In this document: positions 36,918 through 46,950 of the stretch, piece after piece
Layout: every line of letters begins with the position of its first letter
Position numbering within the stretch: the stretch's first letter is position 1
Assembly (NCBI GenBank): GCA_030603275.1
Contig: JAUVYB010000001.1
Coordinates: 19,832-83,831, forward strand
Length of the DNA: 64,000 nt
DNA from: Deltaproteobacteria bacterium
GTDB lineage: Bacteria > Chloroflexota > Dehalococcoidia > Dehalococcoidales > BS750m-G39
Direction: 5' to 3'
The notes under the pieces: model-generated
Database searches by the model: none
Told to the model about the DNA's origin: nothing
The model's input: only the letters and a program-made list of their open reading frames with translations
Program-made: the position numbers and the translations under genes

Positions 36918-38203
36918 AAGTAAGAATAACCCCATCATCGGTGACGGGAGAGGTCTCGGCACCGCCGTCCAAGAGCTATACCCACCGGGCGGTGATAGTG
37001 GCCTCGCTGGCAACGGGGGAGAGCCTGATTGAGGACCCCCTGCTGTCGGATGACACCCGCTACACCATTGACGCCTGCCGCTCCCTGGGCGCCGATATTG
37101 AGCTCAAGGGCAACCGGCTGATGATTACCGGCACCGGCGGCCAAATCAGGGTTGCCCCCGGTAACGAGAAGATTTTTGCCGGCGACTCGGGGAGCACCAT
37201 CCGCATGGTAGCCCCGCTGGCGGCGCTAGCCCCAACCAAGGTCATCCTTGACGGCGATAGCCGGCTGCGCCAGCGCCCGGTAGGCGACTTGCTCTCGGCA
37301 CTAAAAAGCCTGGGGGCCAGCGCCCGCTCGCTGGGAACTAACGGCTGCCCGCCCATAGAAATCCAGGGGGGAAAGCTCACCGGGGGAGAAATCACCACCC
37401 CCGGCAGGGTAAGCTCCCAGCACGTAAGCGCCCTGCTCATGATTGCCCCCTATACCGAAAACGGGCTCAGAATCAAGATTGCCGAGGGGTTCCATTCCAG
37501 ACCATATATAGACATAACCCTGGATGTCATGCGGGACTTCGGCGTTGAGGCGGTAAATAAAGACTATAAGGAGTTATTGGTCAAAGGCGACCAGATATAT
37601 AAAGGAAAGCGCTACCGGATAGAGGGCGACTACTCCTCGGCCGCTTATTTCTTAGCCGCCGGCGCCATCGGCGGCCGACCGGTAACGGTAAAAAATTTAA
37701 AGATTAACTCAGCACAGGGTGATAAATATCTCTTGAACATCCTGTCACTGATGGGGTGCACTATTGAACGTCAGAAAGAGCAGGTGACGGTTTCCCGCCG
37801 TGATGAGCTAAAAGGCGTTACCGTAGATATGGGTGACTATCCCGACCTTGTCCAGACGGTGGCGGTGGTCGCCGCCTATGCCCGGGTCAAAACGGAAATG
37901 ACCAATATCGGCCATCTCAGGTTCAAAGAAACAGACCGCCTCGGCGACACGGCTGCCGAACTGGGCAAGATGGGGATAAGAGTAGATGCGACCGATAACA
38001 CTATAGTAGTCTACGGGGGAAAGCCCCGGGGCACTGAAATAGAAGCCCACAACGACCACCGCATGGCGATGAGCCTGGCTATTGCCGCCCTCTTTGCCGA
38101 GGGTGACTCCATTATTAACGGCGCCGAGGCGGTAACCAAGTCCTACCCCCGGTTCTTTACCGACCTGGCAAGCTTAAGGGCGAAAATCGAGGAGCTGTCA
38201 TGA
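36914..38203 (+). CDS. aroA: EPSP synthase (3-phosphoshikimate 1-carboxyvinyltransferase)
   Basis: 429 aa with PSKSYTHRA, GDSGSTIR and a DHRMAMS-type C-terminus. GTG start. Confidence 0.95.
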   Translation: MKVRITPSSVTGEVSAPPSKSYTHRAVIVASLATGESLIEDPLLSDDTRYTIDACRSLGADIELKGNRLMITGTGGQIRVAPGNEKIFAGDSGSTIRMVAPLAALAPTKVILDGDSRLRQRPVGDLLSALKSLGASARSLGTNGCPPIEIQGGKLTGGEITTPGRVSSQHVSALLMIAPYTENGLRIKIAEGFHSRPYIDITLDVMRDFGVEAVNKDYKELLVKGDQIYKGKRYRIEGDYSSAAYFLAAGAIGGRPVTVKNLKINSAQGDKYLLNILSLMGCTIERQKEQVTVSRRDELKGVTVDMGDYPDLVQTVAVVAAYARVKTEMTNIGHLRFKETDRLGDTAAELGKMGIRVDATDNTIVVYGGKPRGTEIEAHNDHRMAMSLAIAALFAEGDSIINGAEAVTKSYPRFFTDLASLRAKIEELS

Positions 38204-38724
38204 ACATCGTCCTTATCGGCATGAGGGGCTCGGGGAAGACCGCGGTGGGCAAAATTTTAGCCCAAAAACTGGGCAAAGAGTTTATTGAGATGGATGAGCT
38301 TATCACCCGTAAGACGGGGCTTAGCATCCCTGAAATTGTGGAAAAACACGGGTGGGGGAAATTCAGGGACATAGAAGAAGAACTAACCGGCGAAGTCTCC
38401 GGGCGGGATAATATCATCAATGCCAGCGGGGGCGGGGTGGTGACCAGAGAGAAAAACATCGCTAAACTTAAAAAAAGCGGGGTACTGGTCTGGCTGCAAG
38501 CCGATTTTGATACCCTGGTCAGCCGTACTGGAGAAGATACCGACCGGCCGCCGCTGGTCGAGGGCAGGACACGGCGGGAGGATATGGAGATAACTTTTAA
38601 AGAACGAAAGCCACTCTACCAGCAAGCCGCCGATTTGACTATCAACACCGAAAACAAAACGCCGGAAGAAGCGGCTGACCTGGTTATAAACCTGCTGGCG
38701 ATACGGGGGTTCACCGGTGATTGA
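38200..38724 (+). CDS. aroK: Shikimate kinase
   Basis: 174 aa with IVLIGMRGSGKTAVG, followed by DELI. Confidence 0.92.
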   Translation: MNIVLIGMRGSGKTAVGKILAQKLGKEFIEMDELITRKTGLSIPEIVEKHGWGKFRDIEEELTGEVSGRDNIINASGGGVVTREKNIAKLKKSGVLVWLQADFDTLVSRTGEDTDRPPLVEGRTRREDMEITFKERKPLYQQAADLTINTENKTPEEAADLVINLLAIRGFTGD

Positions 38725-39565
38725 CGCTAATACCAAAATATGTTGCCTTATCGGCGACCCGGTGGAGCACTCGCTTTCCCCGCTAATCCATAATACCGGC
38801 TATCAGGCGCTGGGCATCAACTACGCCTATGTATCATTCCGGGTCAGCGACATCAAGCGGGCGATAGAGGGTATAAGGGGGCTGGGTATACGGGGGGCAA
38901 GCGTTACCATCCCCCACAAAGTCAGCGCTATAAAACACCTTGATAAGATTGACCCGCCGGCTGAGGAAATCGGCGCCGTCAACACCATCGTCAACGATGA
39001 GGGTGTGCTAACCGGATACAACACAGATGGCGACGGCGCCTTACAGGCACTGGAGGAAGTGACCACGCTCAAGGGGAAAAAGGCGGTACTGATTGGCAGT
39101 GGCGGCGGCGCCCTGGCCATCGCCGTGGGGCTTAAAGCCAGGGGGGTTAAGCTGGTGGTCTTAAACCGAACCGAGGATAAAGCCAGAAAGCTGGCCAAGC
39201 AGATTAACGCCGGAGGCTTTGGTGGCTTGAAAAAGCTATCGGAAATCGCTTCGGCCGATATCCTGATAAACGCTACCCCGGTGGGGATGTTGCCCGAGAC
39301 AGACCAGTCAATCATCCCCAAAGACCTTCTTCATAATAGGCTCACCGTCTTTGATATTGTCTATAATCCCGGAGAAACCAGACTGCTAATTGAAGCCAGA
39401 GAGAAGAGATGTGCCGTTGTTTATGGCTATAAGATGCTGCTCTATCAGGCAGCCAGACAATTTGAGCTCTTTACCGGACTCAAGGCCCCTTTACCAGCCA
39501 TGGAGTCCGCCCTAACTCAGGCTTTGGAAGGAGGAGAAGATGCTACGCATTTTGACCGCCGGTGA
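38717..39565 (+). CDS. aroE: Shikimate 5-dehydrogenase
   Basis: 282 aa with SLSPLIHN, VTIPHK, NTDG and GSGGGALA. GTG start. Confidence 0.92.
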   Translation: MIDANTKICCLIGDPVEHSLSPLIHNTGYQALGINYAYVSFRVSDIKRAIEGIRGLGIRGASVTIPHKVSAIKHLDKIDPPAEEIGAVNTIVNDEGVLTGYNTDGDGALQALEEVTTLKGKKAVLIGSGGGALAIAVGLKARGVKLVVLNRTEDKARKLAKQINAGGFGGLKKLSEIASADILINATPVGMLPETDQSIIPKDLLHNRLTVFDIVYNPGETRLLIEAREKRCAVVYGYKMLLYQAARQFELFTGLKAPLPAMESALTQALEGGEDATHFDRR

Positions 39566-40691
39566 ATCTCACGGCCCGGCCTGCGTAACCATTATCGAGG
39601 GAATGCCCGCCGGAGTCAGCGTCCGCGTTGAGGATATCGACCGGGACCTGAAACTGAGACACTCCGATTCCGGCCGCGGTGGCCGGGGACTAATTGAAGA
39701 GGACAAGGTGGAAATCCTCTCCGGTATCCGCTACGGCAGGACGCTGGGCAGCCCGATTACGCTGATAGTCAGGAACCTGGACTTCGCTAACTGGCAGGAT
39801 GAGATGAGCATTGAGGAGACCGAAAAGCCAGCGGCTAAGATAACCAGGCCCCGCCCCGGCCACGCCGACCTGGCCGGTGTTTTAAAGTATGGCCAGAATG
39901 ACATCAGGAATATCTCGGAGAGGGCCAGCGCCCGAGAGACGGTAGGCAGAGTCATGGCGGGAGCGGTTATCAGGCTGCTGCTGCTGGAGTTCGGTATCAG
40001 GATAGCCAGCCACACCGTCCAGATAGGCCCGGTAAGGCTAACCCACCGTTACTCTGATTTTAAAGAGGTCGCAAAAGTCTTTGAAACCGACCCCGATATA
40101 AGGTGCATCGACCGGGAAACCTCACAGAAAATGAAAAAGGCAATCCTGGAAGCCGGCAATAAAAAGGATACTCTGGGCGGGGTGGTCGAGGTTATCGCCA
40201 CCGGCGTTCCCGTCGGCCTGGGAAGCGTTATGCACTACGACCGCCGTCTTGACGGCAGGCTCGCTCAGGCCCTGATGAGCATCCCCTCGGTGAAGGCGGT
40301 GGAGATAGGCAACGCCATTGCCGGGGCGGCTATGTTCGGCTCCGAGTTCCAGGACCGGATTGCCTATAATGATGGCCGCTTTTCCCGCCAGACCAATAAT
40401 ATGGGCGGCATAGAAGGCGGCATGAGCAACGGCGAAGATATCGTCTGCCGTGTCTACCATAAACCCATCTCCACCCTGGGGGCTCCGGCAAAAACAGTAG
40501 ATATCACTACTCACCAGTCGGCGCCAGCCACGGTAGAGAGGTCGGATATCTGCGCTGTCCCCCGCGCCGGCGTTATCTCGGAAGCGATGCTGGCTCTGGC
40601 TCTGGGGCAGGCAATGACAGAGAAGTTCGGCGGCGACCATATAGAAGAGATGAAACGCAATTTCAGTTCTTATATCAAGTCACAGCCGTAG
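39540..40691 (+). CDS. aroC: Chorismate synthase
   Basis: 383 aa with MLRILTAGESHGP, RPGHAD and GGIEGGMSNG. Confidence 0.95.
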   Translation: MLRILTAGESHGPACVTIIEGMPAGVSVRVEDIDRDLKLRHSDSGRGGRGLIEEDKVEILSGIRYGRTLGSPITLIVRNLDFANWQDEMSIEETEKPAAKITRPRPGHADLAGVLKYGQNDIRNISERASARETVGRVMAGAVIRLLLLEFGIRIASHTVQIGPVRLTHRYSDFKEVAKVFETDPDIRCIDRETSQKMKKAILEAGNKKDTLGGVVEVIATGVPVGLGSVMHYDRRLDGRLAQALMSIPSVKAVEIGNAIAGAAMFGSEFQDRIAYNDGRFSRQTNNMGGIEGGMSNGEDIVCRVYHKPISTLGAPAKTVDITTHQSAPATVERSDICAVPRAGVISEAMLALALGQAMTEKFGGDHIEEMKRNFSSYIKSQP

Positions 40692-40708
40692 GGTATTTAT
40701 AGGGGGAT

Positions 40709-41896
40709 ATGATGCTACCTGATGAAAGAGGCTACTTCGGAGACTACGGAGGGCAGTTTGTCCCCGAGACTCTGATGCCGGTTCTGGATGAACTGGCAAC
40801 CGCCTACAAGGAAGCCAGGGCTGACAAAGCCTTCTGGAGTGAGTTTGAGGCGCTGTCCCGTGACTATTCGGGGAGACCGACGCCGCTCTACCTGGCCGAA
40901 AGGCTGACCGAAAATTGCGGCGGCGCCCGTATTTTCCTCAAACGGGAAGACCTGGCCCATACCGGCGCCCATAAAATCAATAACGCCCTGGGACAGGGCC
41001 TCCTCGCCCGGAGGATGGGCAAGCGCCGGATTATTGCCGAAACCGGAGCCGGCCAACACGGCGTGGCCGCCGCCGCCGTCTGCGCCAAGCTGGGGCTGGA
41101 GTGCATCGTCTACATGGGTGAGGAGGATGTGCGCCGCCAGTCACTCAATGTCTTCCGGATGAGGCTGATGGGCGCTGAGGTCAGACCGGTACACGGGGGC
41201 AGCCGCACCCTTAAGGATGCCATCAACGAGGCGATAAGGGACTGGGTGACCAACCCCGATACCTACTACCTGCTGGGCTCGGTGGTCGGCCCCTCCCCCT
41301 ACCCCGTGATGGTGCGGGACTTTCAGTCGGTAATCGGTAAAGAGACCAGGCAGCAGATTCTGGATAAGTCCGGCCGCCTCCCCGACTATATCATCGCCTG
41401 CGTCGGCGGCGGCAGCAACGCTATCGGCATTTTTTATTCCTTTTTAAACGATAAGGAGGTCAATCTTATCGGCGTGGAGGCGGCGGGGAGGGGGCTCAGC
41501 ACCGGCGAACATGCCGCCCCGCTGATGGCGGGAACAGTCGGCGTGCTCCACGGGACGAAGTCCTATGTCCTCCAGACTAAAGATGGGCAGATTAGAGAGA
41601 CGCACAGCATATCGGCCGGGCTGGACTATCCCGGCGTCGGGCCCGAGCACAGCTACCTCAAGGACAGCGGGCGGGCGACTTATGTGGCGGTAACTGACCA
41701 GGAAGCCCTTGAAGGCTTTAAGTTGCTCTGCAAGACCGAGGGCATCGTCCCGGCCCTGGAACCGGCTCACGCCATATTTCATGCGGCTAAAATGGCCAGC
41801 TCGCTGGAGAAAGAGAAAACCATCGTGGTCAACCTCTCCGGGCGTGGCGATAAAGACATGGACATAGTAGCCCAGGCGCTGGGGGTGAAACTATGA
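40709..41896 (+). CDS. trpB: Tryptophan synthase beta chain
   Basis: 395 aa with [22 protein letters not shown] and GGGSNAIG. Confidence 0.97.
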   Translation: MMLPDERGYFGDYGGQFVPETLMPVLDELATAYKEARADKAFWSEFEALSRDYSGRPTPLYLAERLTENCGGARIFLKREDLAHTGAHKINNALGQGLLARRMGKRRIIAETGAGQHGVAAAAVCAKLGLECIVYMGEEDVRRQSLNVFRMRLMGAEVRPVHGGSRTLKDAINEAIRDWVTNPDTYYLLGSVVGPSPYPVMVRDFQSVIGKETRQQILDKSGRLPDYIIACVGGGSNAIGIFYSFLNDKEVNLIGVEAAGRGLSTGEHAAPLMAGTVGVLHGTKSYVLQTKDGQIRETHSISAGLDYPGVGPEHSYLKDSGRATYVAVTDQEALEGFKLLCKTEGIVPALEPAHAIFHAAKMASSLEKEKTIVVNLSGRGDKDMDIVAQALGVKL

Positions 41897-42681
41897 GCAA
41901 AATCGCTTCTGCCTTCAGCCCGCCGGGGCATAAAGCTCTCATCGCCTATGTTACCGTAGGCTACCCCTCCGTTGAAGCCACTCTAAAGGTAGTCCCTCTA
42001 CTGGCCGATAGCGGCGCTGACATTGTAGAGCTGGGGATACCATTCTCCGACCCCCTGGCCGATGGGGTCACCATACAAAAGTCCAGTTTTCATGCCCTGC
42101 AGAACGGCGTAACCCCCCGGCTCTGCCTTGAGCTGGCCGGGCAGTTAAGCCAGAAGGTCAATATACCACTGGTGTTTATGACCTATTATAATCCGGTCTT
42201 CAGCTACGGGCTGGATAAGTTCTGCTCTGCCTGTGCCGGTTCTGGTATTTCCGGGATAATCATCCCTGATTTGCCCCCCGATGAAGGCTCAGACCTGGAG
42301 GCTATCAGCCAGAGGCAGGGTCTTGACCTCATCTACCTTCTAGCTCCAACCAGCACCGGGGAGCGCATCAGGCTGGCCGCTCAGAGGTCACGGGGGTTTA
42401 TCTACCTGGTTTCAGTAACCGGGGTTACCGGGGCAAGAGACAGAGTGCCGGCGGATTTGGAGGCATTTGTGACCAGAGTAAGGAATACAACTGCCCAGCC
42501 CCTATGCGTTGGCTTTGGCATATCCACCCCGGAGCAGGCAAGCCGGATAGCCCGGATTGCCGATGGGGTAATTGTGGGCAGCCGCATAATTCAGCTTATG
42601 GAGAAGGAGGACGACTTCGCTTCACTGGCTGAACTGGTAAGGAGTTTAAGGGGCTCTATCGATAAGATATCCGGGCAGTAG
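41893..42681 (+). CDS. trpA: Tryptophan synthase alpha chain
   Basis: 262 aa with [13 protein letters not shown] and GFGIS. ATGA overlap with trpB. Confidence 0.95.
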   Translation: MSKIASAFSPPGHKALIAYVTVGYPSVEATLKVVPLLADSGADIVELGIPFSDPLADGVTIQKSSFHALQNGVTPRLCLELAGQLSQKVNIPLVFMTYYNPVFSYGLDKFCSACAGSGISGIIIPDLPPDEGSDLEAISQRQGLDLIYLLAPTSTGERIRLAAQRSRGFIYLVSVTGVTGARDRVPADLEAFVTRVRNTTAQPLCVGFGISTPEQASRIARIADGVIVGSRIIQLMEKEDDFASLAELVRSLRGSIDKISGQ

Positions 42682-42708
42682 CTTTAAGCATAAAGCCCCT
42701 GAGGGCGG

Positions 42709-43758
42709 CTACATCTTGCCCCCATCATAGCCAACCCCTCTTGAGAACCGGTCGAGCATTAAGTCCACAATCTGGTCAATGGGTGTCTTATTCTGGGCGA
42801 TAAGCTCGGCCCGCGTCTGCAACAGAATGATACTTTCCGGTAATAGCCTGTCTTCTTCTACCGCCCATTCCACATCTTGAGCTTCGCCAAAATGCTTCTC
42901 CAGCACCTTGCCCAACTTCCCTATTTCCCTGACCTCCTCGTCACTCAAGCAGAATTTGCCACTCTTGCCTGGCGGAGCTTTCTTTTCTATCACCCCACCC
43001 TTTTTGAAGGTTACATACCTGGACTTCGGCCCCAGTTTCTTTTCCTGTATTTTCAGACTCTTCTTATCCAGAATATAAATGTCCGGTGTCGACTCACCGC
43101 CGACCACGCTTTCGCCCAATCCCCAGTTACCCTCGATTATCATCCTGGCCGCATCGCCGGTATTAGGGTCAGCCGTGAAGATAACCCCGGCAGCACGCGC
43201 CTTCACCATCTTCTGCACAGCAATACCGATAGGGTCGCTCTCCAGTGGCATCTTCTTCCGGCTTCGAAAAACCAGGGAGCGAGTGTTAAAGGTACTGGCC
43301 CAAACCTGCTTGATTTTGTCTACCAGAGCTGGCCCCCCAACCACATTAAGATAAGTCTCATACTGCCCGGGGTGACTCACCGTCCCGGCCGAACGTGTTG
43401 ACACAGCAATTTCATCAGTATGGCACCGTCGGCTTAGTTCATTATAGTGTGAGACTATTGCCTTCTCTATCTTCTCAGGCATGGCTTTCGACTGCACAAT
43501 CTGGCGTATATCGACGCTCGCTTGTTTACACTGCTTCAGGTCTTTGGGTTTAGACTTAGCCAGGTATTCCCCTATTTCATCAACAACCCCCGTCATACTC
43601 ATAAAATCCTTGTAGGCTTCAACAGAGAGGGCAAACCCAGGGGGTACTCTCAACCCAATCCTGGCCATCTCACCCAGGTTAGCGCACTTTCTGCCCACCA
43701 GTTCTCTGTCATCTTTGCCCACTTCCTCAAACCAGAGCACCAACTTCTCAGACACCAT
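42709..43758 (-). CDS. PEP synthase N-terminal (ATP-grasp, PPDK_N) domain protein, PpsB-like
   Basis: 349 aa with GRKCANLGEM and the typical PPDK_N layout. It has no phospho-His swivel domain of its own. Confidence 0.8.
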   Translation of the reverse strand: MVSEKLVLWFEEVGKDDRELVGRKCANLGEMARIGLRVPPGFALSVEAYKDFMSMTGVVDEIGEYLAKSKPKDLKQCKQASVDIRQIVQSKAMPEKIEKAIVSHYNELSRRCHTDEIAVSTRSAGTVSHPGQYETYLNVVGGPALVDKIKQVWASTFNTRSLVFRSRKKMPLESDPIGIAVQKMVKARAAGVIFTADPNTGDAARMIIEGNWGLGESVVGGESTPDIYILDKKSLKIQEKKLGPKSRYVTFKKGGVIEKKAPPGKSGKFCLSDEEVREIGKLGKVLEKHFGEAQDVEWAVEEDRLLPESIILLQTRAELIAQNKTPIDQIVDLMLDRFSRGVGYDGGKM

Positions 43759-43797
43759 GTCCTCCCCTCAGGGACTTAACGGTTTATGTCAACCAGG

Positions 43798-45489
43798 TTA
43801 AGCCTTATTATTACGCAAGATATGGACCACGCCGAGGTTGCCATCAACCTTCACCCTTTGGCCGGTCTTAATCTTCTTGGTCGCCTCTAGGCAGCCGGTA
43901 ACCGCCGGAATGCCATACTCCCGGGCCAGAATTACAGCGTGAGACAGAGCGCCGCCGCCATCGGTGATAACACCCTTGATCATCTCGAAAGCCGGAGTCC
44001 ACGGCGCACTCGTTCCCGGTGCCACCAAAATCTCTCCCGGTTTAAGCTCGGCTAACTTATTCTCAGTCACTATTACGCGGGCAATTCCCTCCACCACGCC
44101 GGGGGATGAAGCAGCACCGTAAAAGTCAGCCTTTACATCTTTCCTGATGATAGGAACCGAAGTGGCGACACTAATTACCGGGTCTTTTCTCAGTATTTCC
44201 TGCGCCAGATCTATATTTCCGTAATATGGCCTGGGAGTAACCTCAAGATAGCCTTCCCATTCCTTCTTCCGCACATTGACCTGATGGTGCAGTTTATTCT
44301 TCCCCATCGGTACTAAAGCCTTCTCTATATCATCAGCAAGCAGGAAATAGACGTCCTCGGGGTCATCAATAACACCAGCCTCAGCAAAGCGCTGCCCGAT
44401 TTCCCTGGTTATCCACCGCCCTATCCCGTTACAGTAAAGGTCCAGGTAATAATTATGGTCCTCACTCCAGTAACCAGCCTTTTGGGCGGCTTTCATAAGG
44501 GTTTCAAACCACCCCCGCTGCTCTGCCGGCACCCTGTCCAAAACCTCCTTTTCCGCCTTTTCCCTCTCCCTGATAGCCTGCCCCCTCCGCTCATCTATGG
44601 TGTAAGTTCCACCGCTAGTTATAGCCACCTTTATCAGCGGTATACCCAGGCTCGGCTTCTCAATCCAGCTCGGAGTCGCCCAGTCAAGCATACGCTCATT
44701 GCGCCAGCCATGCACCTCAAGAAAATCATAGTATTCCTTAAGCCACTTCCTCCCAGCCTCGCTATCCTCCAACCTGGAAAGCAGCACCTTATCATCTTTG
44801 GTGGTACGGAACAACTCACCTAACCCAAGTTCCACCGCCCGGTTACCAAGTCGCCAGATTTTTTTATTGAACCGGAACACCATGCTATCAAAACCGGTCA
44901 TTAACTTGGCAAACAAGGGGTCGGCATAACCGAATCCAAGCAGTTCATTGCACATCTGTTCAAACAGCCCGAAGAGGTAATAGGCCGGCACCATCATCTC
45001 CATATGTATACCCCACTGCTTCCGGTCCACCTGCATATAATCGTCAAAGAGGTCCAGGAGCTCAATATTACTCAGCTTCTTAATATCCCCATACTTTTTC
45101 AGCCCATACCCCTTCTTAAGCTCCTTATAAGTATTCATCATGTCAGTCTTGCGCTGTTCCCAGATGGCATCGAAGTCCTCAATGTAAGGTCTTATCCTCT
45201 TCCGGAATACTGGCTCGCGCTTCTTCGCCTCCTGCTCGGAGGTCTCAATTACAGCAAGGTAAGAGTAACCATCAATGTATCTCGCGTCCCAGCCTTTGGT
45301 TGTCGGCAGTGAGAGTTGTTCAGCCGCCCGCTGTACAGCGCGGTAAACCCAGCGTCCCCAACTCTCTACAAAGAAAAGAGGGCGCCATGGCGGCGTACCA
45401 TGGACAACATCGGCCAGAAACACAGCGTAGTTTTCAAGGTCCTTCTCTTCATCAAACTCGAACCGTGTTACCCCGTATACAGCCGCCAT
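43798..45489 (-). CDS. PEP-utilising-enzyme mobile (phospho-His) domain protein, PpsA-like
   Basis: 563 aa with a C-terminal swivel domain (GEILVAPGTSAPWTPAF, GVITDGGGALSHAVILAREYGIPAV). The long N-terminal region has no ATP-grasp. Confidence 0.8.
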   Translation of the reverse strand: MAAVYGVTRFEFDEEKDLENYAVFLADVVHGTPPWRPLFFVESWGRWVYRAVQRAAEQLSLPTTKGWDARYIDGYSYLAVIETSEQEAKKREPVFRKRIRPYIEDFDAIWEQRKTDMMNTYKELKKGYGLKKYGDIKKLSNIELLDLFDDYMQVDRKQWGIHMEMMVPAYYLFGLFEQMCNELLGFGYADPLFAKLMTGFDSMVFRFNKKIWRLGNRAVELGLGELFRTTKDDKVLLSRLEDSEAGRKWLKEYYDFLEVHGWRNERMLDWATPSWIEKPSLGIPLIKVAITSGGTYTIDERRGQAIREREKAEKEVLDRVPAEQRGWFETLMKAAQKAGYWSEDHNYYLDLYCNGIGRWITREIGQRFAEAGVIDDPEDVYFLLADDIEKALVPMGKNKLHHQVNVRKKEWEGYLEVTPRPYYGNIDLAQEILRKDPVISVATSVPIIRKDVKADFYGAASSPGVVEGIARVIVTENKLAELKPGEILVAPGTSAPWTPAFEMIKGVITDGGGALSHAVILAREYGIPAVTGCLEATKKIKTGQRVKVDGNLGVVHILRNNKA

Positions 45490-45735
45490 TTAACCCTCCT
45501 TGTGTTCGATACTGAAAACCTTAAACCCCGACGATATTCTGGCTACTGGCCAACACTTTCAACCCGAAATAAAGAGGTATTTTAATGACCATTTAAACTA
45601 AGACCCCCCACTATTATTCCACTCCGCTCCTGTTAGCGCAACCCCACTTATAACTGTAATGGTTATAGCTTGGCTTTTCCAAGGGTCCATGCCGTTCGAC
45701 AGTGGGGAGCAGACGAGATTTACCAGAGTAGTAGA

Positions 45736-45812
45736 TGGTAGCGCATACCGGATTCGAACCGGTGATCTCCTCCTTGAGAGGGAGGTGTCCTAAACCCCTA
45801 GACGAATGCGCC
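45736..45812 (-). tRNA. tRNA-Glu (anticodon CUC), CCA encoded
   Basis: Sequence GGCGCAT-TC-GTCTAGGGGTTTAGGAC with anticodon loop CTCTCAA and T-loop TTCGAAT. Architecture as in E. coli tRNA-Glu, with a G1-U72 wobble. Confidence 0.85.
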
Positions 45813-45822
45813 ACCGAAAGGT

Positions 45823-45896
45823 TGGCTGGGGAAGAAGGATTCGAACCTTCCCTTACGGATTCAGAGTCCGCTGTCCTACCACTAGACGATTCCCCA
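45823..45896 (-). tRNA. tRNA-Gln (anticodon CUG), CCA encoded
   Basis: Acceptor TGGGGAA/TTCCCCA with U1-A72 and G73, which are Gln identity features. Anticodon loop CTCTGAA. Confidence 0.85.
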
Positions 45897-45998
45897 GCAC
45901 AGGTAAATTATAGCATAGGGTTAGATTCAGGACAATAACAAGACCGGTTGACACTGCAGACCTGACCCCGTATGCTTAACTATTAGAAGGAACCAGCT

Positions 45999-46697
45999 AT
46001 GACTGATTTAGCCGCACTACAAAATACCCTGGGCGTCTCGTTTAAAGACCCCTCCCTCCTGGAACAGGCCCTGGTTCACAGCTCCTACGTCAATGAGAAC
46101 ATGGGCATCGCCACCTCCAACGAAAGGCTGGAATTCCTGGGCGATGCCGCCCTGGGTTTTATAATCGCCAGAGAGCTGTACCAGCGCCTTCCCCAGTCCA
46201 CTGAAGGGGAGATGACCGAACTCCGCTCCTCGCTGGTGCGCGGGGATACCCTTTCCCGCTTGGCAGAGGCTATCAGCCTGGGCAATTACCTATATCTGGG
46301 CAAGGGGGAGGAGGCGAGCGGGGGACGGCTTAAGCCAGCTAACCTGGCCGGAGCTATGGAAGCAGTAATAGCCGCTATTTTCCTCGACCAGGGCTCGAAT
46401 GCCACCAGAGATTTCATCCTCAAGCTGATGGATAAAGAGCTAAATAAAATATTGAGCCAGGGGATAGAGCCCGATTATAAATCACAATTGCAGGAGCTTA
46501 TCCAGGCCAAGTATCAGCAAACGCCTACCTACCAGGTTATAGAAGCACTAGGGCCGGACCACGACCGAAGGTTCACCGTTGAAGTAAGGGTGGGCAATAC
46601 CGTTCTGGGGAAGGGGTCGGGCAAAAGCAAAAAATCAGCCGAGGCGGAATCTGCCCGCTCTGCTTTAGACCAGCTTCCAACCGACTTTACACCATAA
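45999..46697 (+). CDS. rnc: Ribonuclease III
   Basis: 232 aa with the catalytic signature NERLEFLGDA and a C-terminal dsRBD (GSGKSKKSAEAESA). Confidence 0.95.
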   Translation: MTDLAALQNTLGVSFKDPSLLEQALVHSSYVNENMGIATSNERLEFLGDAALGFIIARELYQRLPQSTEGEMTELRSSLVRGDTLSRLAEAISLGNYLYLGKGEEASGGRLKPANLAGAMEAVIAAIFLDQGSNATRDFILKLMDKELNKILSQGIEPDYKSQLQELIQAKYQQTPTYQVIEALGPDHDRRFTVEVRVGNTVLGKGSGKSKKSAEAESARSALDQLPTDFTP

Positions 46698-46761
46698 CTC
46701 CTATTTGCTAAACTTCAACTAGCCGTGCCACCGGTTATCATGCTCAAATAGAGGTGTTTCT

Positions 46762-46914
46762 ATGGGAAAGCGAGATTACCGACATAGAGAAACGAAGAAA
46801 TCCAAAAAGGATGTAAAAAAAATAGTCACTACTACTATCCTGTCGCCTCCAGTAACGGTGGAAGTAGTTAAAAAGAGGAAAAAGCGGAAAGATGAAGGGG
46901 AGGAACAGGGATAG
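46762..46914 (+). CDS. Small basic hypothetical protein (50 aa)
   Basis: Absent from the ORF track, so I translated it by hand: MGKRDYRHRETKKSKKDVKKIVTTTILSPPVTVEVVKKRKKRKDEGEEQG. AGAGGTG lies 6 nt upstream of the ATG. Confidence 0.4.
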   Translation: MGKRDYRHRETKKSKKDVKKIVTTTILSPPVTVEVVKKRKKRKDEGEEQG

Positions 46915-46950
46915 CGGCTTACCCGCTGAGGTCTATCTCAAGGTAAGGCG

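Noticed and set aside
45614-45938. ORFs 45614-45814 (minus) and 45735-45938 (plus).
   Set aside because: They overlap the tRNA-Glu and tRNA-Gln genes, and their open frames are a by-product of tRNA sequence.
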